Assembly: GCA_032718475.1 (NCBI GenBank)
Contig: JAUCBJ010002830.1
Span: 1-42,443, forward strand
DNA: 42,443 bases
Origin: Nemertoderma westbladi
Lineage: Eukaryota > Animalia > Xenacoelomorpha
Reading direction: 5' to 3'
The notes under the pieces were generated by a model, which saw only the letters and a list, made by a program, of their open reading frames with translations, was not told the origin of the DNA and did no database searches. Position numbers and translations under genes: made by a program. Shown here one piece after another: positions 10,111-21,289 of this stretch. Each line of letters begins with the position of its first letter. Position 1 is the first letter of the stretch.

Positions 10111-10895
10111 TAGTCAAGTATCTTAAAAAAAATCACTCCTTAAAGTTACCAAAAAAAAAATCAGCCCAAATATTCGTCATTGATTAATAATTCACTATTT
10201 TTTATAGCAGATTGTATTCTACAGTTTCTAAGGTATAAAGAAAATAATTTAAAATATTTATTTAATGTCATGTGGACAAGTATTAACCCACTATTAAATA
10301 TAAGTTTGATTGTGTAATTTTTTTACCCAAAAAAAGTTTTTGTAATTTTTCTAAAGTTTTTATTTTTACCACGAAAATACTTTTCTTTCAGCTAATTTCG
10401 CCAATAATGGCATTGATTACATGTCTTTATAGCCTTTAGAGAGGATATATACCTAATAGTATGTAGTTACAGGTTTGGGAGAAAATGACTGATTTTTTTG
10501 TGCCGTAAAATTTCGCAATGTTCCAAAAAAAATCATTAACTGGCTTTCAGCCGAAACTATTTCTATTAGTTAGCCACTGCAATTGAAAGAACAACAAGAC
10601 TTCTAATTGATTGTTTAATTATAATAATATTTCAAATAGCTATGTTTTCAGTATTATGTTTGAGATTTTTATTTTGGAACGATGATTTTTTTTGGTAATT
10701 TCAGACCAAAAAAATCAGTCATTTTTCTGAATATTTCAGAAGTTTCCCTTTCCATAAGAATAAATTGCATAACAAGTGGGTAGTAGTGGCGAATGGGCAA
10801 GGAATATAACTGACCCATATGAACATTTGTTCATCAACATGATTCAATGGCATTGCTTAAAAACTGAAAAGTGATTTTTTTAAGCTACTTGACTA
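10111..10895. mobile_element. MITE, about 785 bp
   Basis: Terminal inverted repeats TAGTCAAGTATCTTAAAAAAAATCACT / AGTGATTTTTTTAAGCTACTTGACTA, flanked by TA on both sides. Internal inverted motifs at about 10481-10500 vs 10707-10727 and 10146-10164 vs 10683-10698. Confidence 0.75.
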
Positions 10896-11374
10896 TATCT
10901 GTTGCCAACTACGAGAAAGTATTCCAATGATAGCCTATGGGGTAGGGGTGGGTTGTAACGAGATCAACTTTTTCAGAAATGTTTTTTCTTTTTTTCAATG
11001 TATTTTTGGATCCTTTACCTTTTTAAATGTTGGATTAAAAATTAAATTCCCTCTATAAAGCTAACTCAAACATTTGAAGTTATGTTTCTATGCCTGGATC
11101 GGCTTTTATCATTATTCCTCCGTAATAATATAATAAACTTAAAACTTTCTAACTAAGACACCCGTGGCAATTCTCGAGTAAATATCCGCCAAGTTTTGTG
11201 TCTCTTATATTTTTGTTACATTGCCTCGGTAGCCGTTTAACGTTCCATTTTGTTGTTGTTATTTATTAGCAGTTAATAGGCGTATAGAATAGTAATAATA
11301 ATACTGATGGCGTCCTGTTTGTGGGTGTTTTAGGTAGAAAATCTATAAAAAATAAATAAGGAAAGAATATTATA

Positions 11375-11986
11375 CCGTATCTACTCGAATATTCTAGAGT
11401 ATATATCGGGGGTTGTTCATAAACGACATCACAGCCGCTAGACGCCCACGTGACGTCACAATATTTGGAATATTATTGTGCTTTAATTGAGGGGCTCCCC
11501 CGCAAATTTTACGCCGTATCATAATGTGATTCCATCAAATTGGATACAAAGTTGCACGTCACTCCTCCTTACTAGATGTAGAAAAATTGGGGTGATTGGT
11601 GGGGAGCCACCGAATTGAGACATTATATTTCGGGGCATGGTGTGCCTTTAGTTTAGCAAAGTACTTTACATGACTTTACTGCCTCTGCTGTGGGAAAACA
11701 AAGCAAGGCTATATATAGCAATTGTATTGCATTGTTTTTTTATTGCATTGTGTTTATCATGTAAATGTGAATAGACTGTGTAAATATATCAATTATGTAT
11801 ATTATTGTGGTTGACGTCGAGGTGTTAACCCAATATAAATTGATTGATATGAAATAATTGTTTGCCCCATCACATGGCTCGCCCCATCTACATGTATTTA
11901 TAAATGACCGTGTTTAACTGATGGGTTGTGGTGTGGCTCTATTTCCACGTTTATTCGAGTCAGGGTGCGTTTTCGAGTAAATACGG
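11375..11986. mobile_element. Tc2/pogo-like MITE, 612 bp
   Basis: TA|CCGTATCTACTCGAA ... TTCGAGTAAATACGG|TA: 15-bp inverted repeats with 1 mismatch and a TA TSD. Confidence 0.65.
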
Positions 11987-12115
11987 TATTTAGTTCTATG
12001 GAGTACAGCATTAGTATTCTGGAATACAAATTAGTTGGTAGTAAGAAAGTATATTATTTGTGTACAAATGGCTAACTGCTTATAATTTCTATTTAAATTT
12101 GGTCATAGTTTATAT

Positions 12116-12370
12116 CGGCGGTTCTGAGTTATCAATTATTGTTTAATGGTATCTAAGTAATACTGAATTAATTAAGGCTTCAATTTGTGTCAACTGTAAA
12201 AATTATCCGAAACGCTCAACCAACTGAGCTACCCCGCCTTCCTGACATAAATAGCGCATCATTATTTCTAATTTTTCTGATTGTTAAAATATTAAGAAAA
12301 ATAATGAATTAAATCATTATTACGTATTAAGATAACGTTAATAAATTATACTGATACCTCAGAACCACCG
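12116..12370. mobile_element. Short inverted-repeat element containing a tRNA-like A-box fragment
   Basis: CGGCGGTTCTGAGTTATCAAT vs ACTGATACCTCAGAACCACCG (21 bp, 3 mismatches). Minus-strand GGGGTAGCTCAGTTGGTTGAGCG at about 12213-12235. Confidence 0.5.
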
Positions 12371-12680
12371 TTCCAAATCTCAATCTAAATGCTATATATA
12401 AACTGCTGTTAGTATTTGAATGATGTATTGATATTTTCTGGTGCGAACTTGATGGTGTTTTCAAGTAATATAATAATATATTTTAAGCGTTGGAAATTGT
12501 GCCAGAAATAAATGGTTTTCTTCATTAACTAACATGACTCAAGATGGGGTTGCCTCACGTAGCCGTATACGTTTTCGAGACATGGAGAACCAGAACATCG
12601 GGGAACATGGTCCCGTTAAATCATAACATCCCATTGGTCTTGTTAATCAGTTCGATATAGTTTGTCCCTCGAGAGATAAT

Positions 12681-13105
12681 GGCCCGTATGCATAAAACAG
12701 TCGTAAATTTACGTCCATCGTAACTCTAAATGAATCGTAAGTTTGATTACGACTATCGTAGCCACGATTATCGTATATTGGTATGCATAAAACTGTTTAC
12801 GATTAATCGTGCTTCCGATTATCGTAATTTAGATACGATGCTATTTTTACGATGCTATTTTAGAGTGTTGCTGGGCAACTCTGTAAACAATACTGCGAAA
12901 ATCTGAGATTCCTATTATGTTCCTTATTATTACAATATAATTCACGACTGTTGTATTGTTTTATAGGTAGCCTTAGCAACAGTATCCTATACTACCTTTT
13001 AGCCAATAAAAATTGAGTTCAATGTAAACTGGGGCAGATCGTAACTTTAATACTCGATAGAGAGCACCCTTAAATTTACGATCGAAATGAATCGTAAGTT
13101 TACAA
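12681..13105. mobile_element. Truncated PIF/Harbinger-like MITE remnant
   Basis: Starts GGCCCGTATGCATAAAAC, has many ATCGTA/TACGAT motifs, and repeats AAATGAATCGTAAGTTT. No matching right terminus seen. Confidence 0.35.
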
Positions 13106-13313
13106 TCAAAGGGTCTTCTTATATTAATAAACTAACAAGAGTCTAAGATTATAGAACAGAATGGGACATAATATAACAAAACAATAATACAACAAACATT
13201 TTTTATATTGTTCCCGTTCAGTGTTAGTGTATTTTTAGTATTAGTGTAATTTTAAGATAAAATAAAAAAAAATTCATAAGGGAATAAGTAATTAGACAGA
13301 CAGGATGCTTGAA

Positions 13314-13409
13314 TAGTGCATGTAACATCCGCATGTCACATCCGCATGCCATGGATGCGGAAGCGGATGAAAAATATCATGCGGATATCCGCGGATGCGG
13401 ACATCCCTA
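13314..13409. mobile_element. hAT-like mini element or terminal remnant
   Basis: Clustered ATCCGC/GCGGAT motifs in inverted arrangement ending in CATCCCTA (reverse complement TAGGGATG, an Ac/Ds-like terminus). No TSD. Confidence 0.4.
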
Positions 13410-14748
13410 ATACTAACACAAATTTAGTTCATAGTTCACAGATAACTTTAGGGATTTCGCAATCTTCAACCCTCCGCTATCAGTTAGCCAGTAGTGCACG
13501 TGCACAATAACACAATTTAAAATTACCCCCAAAAGGATTCAATCGTTTTGTAGAGCTTGACAAGTCAGTAGAGTACAGCAGGTTATTTCTATGTAAAGTA
13601 TAAGTCGTTGTAGACTTTGAATAAAACGCATTCCGAACTAGAACTGAATTTTAGACTTTGGATATGAATGTTGTAGATCTTAGGCGAAGTTTCTTTCTGT
13701 GAGTTTTCCCAACGTCTACATTTTCCGCGGTCTACAAACGGTTATCCAAAGTCGACTGATTTAAGGCTCGGCGTGGACAAACAGTTGATTTCTATCGAAT
13801 GTGATTTATTTCATGGTTGAGTACCTTGGAAGTATTTAATATAGTGGTGACTCAATATAAACACGTCAACGTAACCAATTTTATAGCACCTTGAAAATTG
13901 ACTTCATGATCTACATTTTTATGTTATTTACCTATAGTTGGTGTTAAATTCTTGGCAATAGCTTCGCCATAGGAGATGATATGGTCACATCAATTGGTTA
14001 TAGAAAGCACATAAAATTATCTTCAAAATGGGCTCGTATTTGTGCCACTAGAACTCATTTAAACCAGTAATAGTGAACCTTCAAAGTTCGGTAATATTTT
14101 ATGAGAAGACCCATATTTTCAACCCCCATGTTTCCAGTGACGAAATAAATATGTATTTTAAGTCGTGTTTATGTCCTGAACCAAATTTTCATATTGTCTC
14201 ACATTGTCTCTTTAAAACATATAAAAACTAAAACATATGTCTGTCTTGGGTATCTCTGGAGCTGCGTACTAAAACGTATAAGTTTAAAGTTGCGCCCAAG
14301 ATCTACACTGGATCTACTATAAACTATAAACAGCAAAAATACAAAATGAAAATACGATTGATAGTTATTGTCAATCGTTATAAATAAAGTATGTTCATTT
14401 TGTGGGGTTTATCAAGAGCTACAAAACAAACCCAAAATTGTCGAATTACGTTCACGCAATCAAAAGATATGATATTTACAGTTTTTGCTGAACTTTTGCC
14501 GGTTGAAAGAATATTTACATTGGCAAAATTCTCTAAATGTTGGGCAATCGAAAAATTCGACAAAATTATATAAAACTGGTAGAGTGAGGAAAATTCGGAG
14601 AACGAAGATATTATAAATTAATGTTAATGAAAAACTCGAGACGGGGGGGGGGGTAATGTAGTATTGAACGAAAATTTTAATCGGATCAAGTACTACTGTA
14701 GTATACTAAAAAAAGTATAATTTTTTCACAATTCTCGAGGCATTTTAT

Positions 14749-14874
14749 TTACCGAGCGCCAGCGAGTCCGGAGTGAGGTCCAGCCATTTGGTCTCGCCGG
14801 CATCCCACATCGCATCAGTGGCTGGAGTTTATATCGAACCCCGGACGGTAACTACTCCCAGCGCCTTGTGGTAA
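14749..14874. other. GC-rich ~125-bp nested palindrome (mini element or structured RNA)
   Basis: Nested complementary pairs TTACC/GGTAA, GTCCGG (14766)/CCGGAC (14841) and CCAGCCA (14780)/TGGCTGG (14819) in an AT-rich background. Confidence 0.4.
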
Positions 14875-15673
14875 TAAGCAAAACATAAATAGAGAATATT
14901 GAAAAAAATATTCTATATACGTTTTTTCCCATGTAATACGTAATTTTATTCTTAAATTGGTACTTTTTTGTTGCTAATTCTTTAATAAAAGATAGAGCGA
15001 TATTTTTGTTACAAAATAAATTGAACTGCAGTATTTTACTATATTGCTTCCATAGTATCCATCCATCCTGTACTATTCAACTCCTGATACTGCCTTACTC
15101 AATTTTAAATAATTTAGTGTTCTCGAATATTTATTACGTAACTAGAGAGCCGCTTAACAACATAAACCAATATTGGATATTGAATTCCGTGTTGGAGTTC
15201 GCCTTTCAGACACTAAAGTTGCTACAACCTTTGAGTTTGTGAATGGATTTTGCTCAAATTACGTGCAAACCTTTTCTACTTCGGTGCTCTTTCAACAAAT
15301 ATAGTAAAATTTAAGAAATTCCCTACGGAAAATAGTGCATCTTTTTCTCCCGATTTTGGGTTTGGTGTATATTCTATATTCGAGCGAAAAAGTAACAACT
15401 TAAGAATAAAACTCTTGAATTTGCACCAGAAAATCCCCATTCAAACAGATGAACTGCCTACCTAAACTCCGCGTATAAAAATCTACAGAACTACACAGAT
15501 AAATAATTGATCTACTTATTATAATTCCATATCGATATCTGATAAAACGTCTAATACAATAATATAAATTTTCTAATAAATGTACCGGTATCCTGTTCAG
15601 TATAGGTACCAGTGCATAGGTTTAGGCTAGGCCTAGTCAACTAATGTTCCAAAAAAGCATTTCTTTCACATAA

Positions 15674-16078
15674 TTATTTAAACAATTTGTTATGGTTTAG
15701 GACTCCACGGAAAGCGTTTTGGTTTCCCAACAAAAAGAATACGACGAATACAATGGCGAGGAATATCCCTAAACACGACGCGGCCACGATGCGTTTCTTC
15801 TTCAACCTTATGAATCCGTTCCCGCGCATAACTTCCTCGTATTTAATTAGCGGACGTCGACCGATTCCAAGATCGCCCGGGAATATCACAGGAACATCTT
15901 CGCTACCGGTAGCCGAAGCAGCAGTCTGTTGTCCTGATGTACCGGTAGTGTACTGATTTCTGTACAAATAAACCGCGTTATCCAGACCCTGAGCCCTTTG
16001 GTGGACCGACAATCCCGATCGGCACGGAATTATTCGCCGACACATTCCATAACTTGTTCCGAACATTAACGCCGCCAT
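15674..16078 (-). CDS. Uncharacterised small single-pass membrane protein (134 aa), possibly mitochondrial
   Basis: GC-richer ORF in an AT-rich context. First ATG at 16078 gives an Arg/Ser-rich, acid-free N-terminus (MAALMFGTSYGMCRRIIPCRSGLSVHQR) and KKKR followed by one hydrophobic helix near the C-terminus. Confidence 0.55.
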   Translation of the reverse strand: MAALMFGTSYGMCRRIIPCRSGLSVHQRAQGLDNAVYLYRNQYTTGTSGQQTAASATGSEDVPVIFPGDLGIGRRPLIKYEEVMRGNGFIRLKKKRIVAASCLGIFLAIVFVVFFLLGNQNAFRGVLNHNKLFK

Positions 16079-16621
16079 TATTATTATTAACTGACCTAAT
16101 TCAGTAATTCGTACGATATCTCCAATACCAAATACCGCAATACTGCTATAACATATAACAGTATAAGCAATACACAATACAGCAATACTCTGTCTGATAT
16201 TCAGATATTACAGTATGATTTTTCAGGATTTAGCCTACAAAATTAGGCCTAAGCAAAGCAGCTACCGGTATGCTAAATAATTTATATTATTCAATGCAGC
16301 GCTTAGCTACAAAATAATGCTAAAAAGTGCTCAAGAGAAAACACATTACCAAATTAGGGAAAGGGGCAATTTACAGTGGGACGTTATTCTAACCAAAACA
16401 ATAAACGAAAGTCTATATTATTGGTTAGGCAGCTAGGGGCCTTACAGTTTTATTTTTGAGAGCAATCAGCTGTTCTTTGCGTCGATATTCCCCTGAAGAG
16501 GGATGAATTTTCATTGTATCGAAACACACCCCCCCCCCCCCCCCACCTCCCACCATCTGGTACCGCAGCATTACTTCTACTTGCCCAAACATCTCTTACA
16601 GTACAGTATGTTTATGTTTAT

Positions 16622-16695
16622 CATGAACTTCTAGTTCTAGAATATTAATATACCTAAATAATAAATATAATAGATATGATATTCTAGAAGTCCAT
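16622..16695. repeat. Short CATG-starting inverted repeat
   Basis: CATGAACTTCTAG(TTCTAG)AATAT ... ATATTCTAGAAGTCCAT. Confidence 0.5.
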
Positions 16696-18248
16696 AATGG
16701 TTTATAATATATTGATAATGCTGCAATGCTTGAGTATTTGTGCCGAGCAACAGAGCTGCTATCCATTATCTATTAGCATACTGGACTGGGGGACAACCAG
16801 AATTGCTTTATAAAGATCGACTTCGGAGTATTGGTGAGAACGAATAACGCATGGCACTTGGATCTGTTTATTATGAGCTACTGTAACTCAGTCAGGATTC
16901 AATTCACAGTTATAACGATTCATATAATACAATGGTGGAACTCTTACTCATTGGAATAAGTTCGTAAGTTTGAATATGGATGGTACTGTAGTACTGTATG
17001 GGGGTAATCATCCACGTGCATGTGAATAGACGAATACCGCAGTATATGAAACTGGAATTCACCCATTATGTAATACAATACATAAACAACACAAAGAAAC
17101 GAACAAACAGTGCGCCGTACCTCAATGTTACAGTATTAGAAACTGGAGTACATTGGGGGAACCGAATTGAAATAAGTCACAGTAATGGGTGAGTACAAAA
17201 CAAAGACACCAATTAAAAGACCTCAAAATCTTGTAAAATGTGTTAACTTTCTTTTATTGTTTTGGTTCCCTAACACGTCTCTGTAACCTGCTACAGTACT
17301 TTACTAACCTGAACCTTTAAATGGCAATGGGACTTAACGCTATTTGGGATTTAACGCTCGTGACCTAACGCGACTTTACCTCTTTGTTTTGTACAGAACG
17401 GACATAAAGTCTTGGGTCGTTGGTCTTTGTTTTATACTCAACCGACAGTATTAGTTGTTGTGTCTAAATAATAAACGTAACACTTATGGGGCGCTATAAC
17501 AGGAATCAGATAATATGAAGCCGCAATGGAGCTAAAATTTTCATACCAACATGTTTTAGTAAGGACCTATTTTTCGACCAAATATTGAGATTTTCTCTAA
17601 ATTTTGTGCCAATATCACTAAAAATAATCACTCATCGCTAAATAATTTATTCTTCACTAAAAAAACATGGCAAATACAGAAAAATATCAATTTCTCCTTA
17701 AAAAATTACTTAGGGCCTTCTACTAAATATAATTATTTATCACTTATATAGTGATTAAAAATAATCCTTTATTACAGTAGCGCCTAGGCCCAATACTGTG
17801 AAAATAATCATTTACACACTAAATGTGATTATTATTTATTTAAAGGAATTGACAATCAATAAATACTGTATCTTAATAACTAATAAATATAACCAATAAA
17901 AACATAAGTAATAAATTGTTGGAAGATTTCGTATCGAAAAAGGTTTAAGGGATTTTTTTTTGTTGGTTTACAAATGAACTCCTAAAGATTCAACCAAAAG
18001 TTATGGAGAAAACCAATGGTTATGCTATTGGGTGGAGTTTTCTCCTGAGGAAATATTTATTGATTTATTTATCTATTTATCTAATTATTTATTGGGTAAA
18101 TATTTCCTGCGCGTGGTAACGAATTTCAAAGTAACTGTCGTCCAAAGGATTACAGAACACGTGAAAACATTCCCTTGGAATGAGGATTCCCTATCGACGC
18201 GTGGGCGTCCCGCGCTGGCAGGGCCAATACATACCTATATACACCATG

Positions 18249-18291
18249 CATGACCCGTAATATAGTAAATTACACTATATTACGGGTCATG
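18249..18291. repeat. Perfect 18-bp-stem hairpin with CATG ends
   Basis: CATGACCCGTAATATAGT-AAATTAC-ACTATATTACGGGTCATG. Confidence 0.85.
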
Positions 18292-18772
18292 GTATATAAA
18301 GGAAACATCATTGTCGCCCGACGACGACGTGGCAAGCAGCATACGTACAGTACTGTACTTGTCTCTAGAACTATTATGAAAATTATCAACAATTAAATAA
18401 TACTGTATTTATTCACTTAAACTAATCATTATTCTCTAATTTTCTATTGTTTAACTAAAGAAATTGACAATAACGAAAATATTATCACACCAAATGCAGT
18501 ATACTAATATGAGTAACAAACATTAAATGAACCACTAAAGGATGAAATACAGTGATTAAATTTAGTAAAATATTATTAACGTAAATTTTAAATTATTTTT
18601 AGTTAGTATTATATTTGTCTATTGGAGGTTAGAATTAAAAATAGTTGAAAATAGATTTATTAATGGTGATAATAATTATTTTTTAGTGAAGGAAAAATAT
18701 ATCTTACTGCTTTTGGCTTTGTCAGCCAGCATGTGTGCCTCTGTTCGTTAGCTGAGCCGGTGCCGTGCCCGG

Positions 18773-19686
18773 TGTCACAAGGAAATCAGCCCCCCCTAGA
18801 ATATGCCCCCCGGGGCATTATTTCCTAGGATATTATGTCCCCCCAGGCAATTTTTCCTAGGAAATTTAGCCCGGGGGGGCATTTTCTCCTTAGGAAATAA
18901 TGCCTCCCCTCAGGAAAATTAGCCCCCCTCAAAAGTCTGAAAACTGGTACGATACCGGTCTGCTGGTAGCCACTTTTAATCTACCAACTGCAGAACTTGT
19001 AATAGTTGGAAGAATAGTACGGTACCGGTCTGTCGCTAGGTAAGCAGGTAAGGCAGTAAGGGGATGTAGAACAGCATACTGAAGTATCTAAGTCAGTAGG
19101 CTACTGTAGTAAGTACTGGTATAACAGCAGTGCGAGTGTGTGGTGTTGTGTGGGCGCCGAGCAGCTCCAAGCTTTTTTAAGTCTGTAACCTGCTCCTTTC
19201 CCTGATTTGGTAAAGTGATTGTTTATTGTTTTGGTTAGAAAATCCCGCCTCTGTAACCTGCTCCTTTCTCTCTATTGGTAATGTTATCGTTTATTGTTTT
19301 GGTTAGAAAATCCCGTCTCTGTAACCTGCTCCTTTCCCTGATTTGCTAAAGTGACTGTTTATTGTTTTGGTTAGAAAATCCCGCCTCTGTAACCTGCTCC
19401 TTTCCCTCAATTAGTTAAATGATCGTTTATTGTTTTGGTTAGAAAGGCCTGCCTCTGTAACCTGCTCCTTTCCTTCATTTGGTAAAGTGACTGTTTATTG
19501 TTTTGTATAATTTTTGTAAGTTTTAGTAGTAATAAGTTTTGTTTATTGTATAATTCAGGGGGGGGGGGCATAATTTCCTAAGGGGGGGCATTTTTTCCTA
19601 GGGAAATTTGCCCGGGGGGGCATTTTTTCCTAGGAAAATATGCCCCCCCGGGCACATTTCCCGGGGGGGCATATTTTCCTGTTACA
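18773..19686. mobile_element. Ginger-type non-autonomous DNA transposon, 914 bp
   Basis: CCGG|TGTCACAAGGAAAT ... ATTTTCCTGTTACA|CCGG: TGT...ACA termini with a CCGG TSD, as described for Ginger1. Both subterminal regions are built from CCTAGGAAA and GCCCCCC/GGGGGGC motifs. Confidence 0.75.
19183..19505. repeat. 68-bp tandem repeat, about 4.7 copies, inside the Ginger element
   Basis: CTGTAACCTGCTCC recurs at 19183, 19251, 19319, 19387 and 19455. Confidence 0.92.
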
Positions 19687-19789
19687 CCGGCTTTCCGGCT
19701 TTTTCAGTTTGGCACCGGACCGCTCACGGCTCCCCGCATTCAGCCTGTCAGCCTGCCGGTCTATTTCTGTTGGACGGATCCAAGAAGTG

Positions 19790-19960
19790 GATATACTTAT
19801 TTCTCACGCGTGTTTGTTTGCTTGTTTGTACACACAACTTCTTGCACTTAATGTTGATGGAATTGGATGAAATTTTGGTGATACAATAGGTCATTATCGG
19901 ACCTAGTTGTGTATGCAATGTTTTGGTTGCGAGGGACCTGTTGGTTGCCTAGCAACAGTG
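19790..19960 (+). mobile_element. HINE/DINE-like fragment
   Basis: TGTTTGTTTGCTTGTTTGT microsatellite followed by ACAACT...GATGAAATTTTGGT and GTTGCCTAGCAAC motifs. Confidence 0.3.
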
Positions 19961-20625
19961 AAATTAATTCTAGAATGACCGATCATAATCGTAGATCAAA
20001 ATCAAAAGTTGACACCCCATAGGGAGCACCTATTGGAAATTTCGCTTTATTTCGTTTAGAAATGTAGAAGAAGATACATTTCTAACAAACAGTGTTTTTT
20101 AACATACAGTAGGCCCTACAACATTATTCTAATTATACTATTATCATACTGGCTAGCCAATCCCCTAGATATCGTTGCCAAGATAACATCCTATTAGAGG
20201 TTCAGTGTAGAGGTAAATACAGTAGCAGTGTAATTGAGAGAGCTGTCTGCTCCATATTGACAACTATTGAGTTCTCATTCGTTATTACTTTATTAGGCTG
20301 CCCTGATTATGCGCGTAATTCATTACAACAAAACAATAAAATAATAATTTTGTTGTACAGACGATACTTTACCCAATGTTTCGTTTTGCGTTTTGCGTTT
20401 TTCGTTATTAGGCTTCCCTGCATAGGCGCGTAATTCAGTAATTTATTACAACAATACTATTTATAGCAATGGATCCGTCCATATTGCCAGCTCTCGCTGG
20501 CAAGCTTGTATTATACTATACCCCAAGGTGTATCGGTTTCTTCTGTGTGTGTGTGTACTGCCTGACTGCAGCTGTTGCTATACCGGTACTGCAGTACTGT
20601 ATTAGGCCTACTGTATTATGTAGAC

Positions 20626-20666
20626 CACGGCTTTCTAAATCTCTAAACTGAGTTTAGAAGGCCGTG
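20626..20666. mobile_element. 41-bp palindromic mini element with an 8-bp TSD-like flank (hAT-like)
   Basis: ATGTAGAC|CACGGCTTTCTAAA...TTTAGAAGGCCGTG|GTGTAGAC; the flanks match at 7 of 8 positions. Confidence 0.6.
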
Positions 20667-20869
20667 GTGTAGACCTACTGGACTGGCTACTGACTGACTG
20701 CAGGACTGACAGACTGACCTACACCGCTACACCCACTGCAGCACTGTGCACTGACCCCCTACCGCTACAATCAGTTACGTTTATGAACAGACGACGTAGG
20801 TGGTAGGCCTGTAGGGGTAAGCTAGTACACAGTAGGCTACCGGCAGACCGGTAGGTAACGAACCCTGTG

Positions 20870-21289
20870 ATGAATGATATACCAGGTGCAGATGTACGCG
20901 ATCGCGCTCCCGGGCGCCGTTTATGGGTGAAGGCCGCCGGACTTCGTCGAGACAACGAAGGTTACAGACTTCCCGACTTACTGAGCGGTCTTTATTCTGC
21001 CGTAATACTCTGCATTGGTTGCTATGGTTACGCGCGAACGCGGCAACTCTGGTCCTTGATTGGGGGTGGTGTGGTCGCCCCGGCTACCCTATTAGGAATC
21101 TACCAAGAATATAAAGACCCGGAGAATTTCGAGCTGTTATTGGCGCCTGCTGGAACGCTGGCCGTTGTAGGCGCTCACCAGTTTATGAAAGCGAGAACTC
21201 TGATTCCTTCTGGTTTAATTAGCGGACTCAGCCTCATACAAACTGTTCGGGTTTTCTTTACGCCCCCAGACTTTACAGGACTTGAATGA
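20870..21289 (+). CDS. TMEM14: TMEM14-family small membrane protein (divergent), intronless CDS
   Basis: YSAVILCIGCYGYARTRQLWSLIGG...GIYQEYKDPEN...AGTLAVVG...F...LIPSGLISGLSL follows the TMEM14 pattern. ATG at 20870; AATAAA at about 21332. Confidence 0.8.
   Translation: MNDIPGADVRDRAPGRRLWVKAAGLRRDNEGYRLPDLLSGLYSAVILCIGCYGYARTRQLWSLIGGGVVAPATLLGIYQEYKDPENFELLLAPAGTLAVVGAHQFMKARTLIPSGLISGLSLIQTVRVFFTPPDFTGLE

Noticed and set aside
12213-12235. tRNA gene
   Set aside because: Only an A-box/D-arm-like piece; no T-arm (GTTCRA) or acceptor stem at the right spacing.
17490-18700. Possible old MITE with scattered CACTAAAA/TTTTAGTG inverted motifs
   Set aside because: No convincing terminal repeats or TSD.
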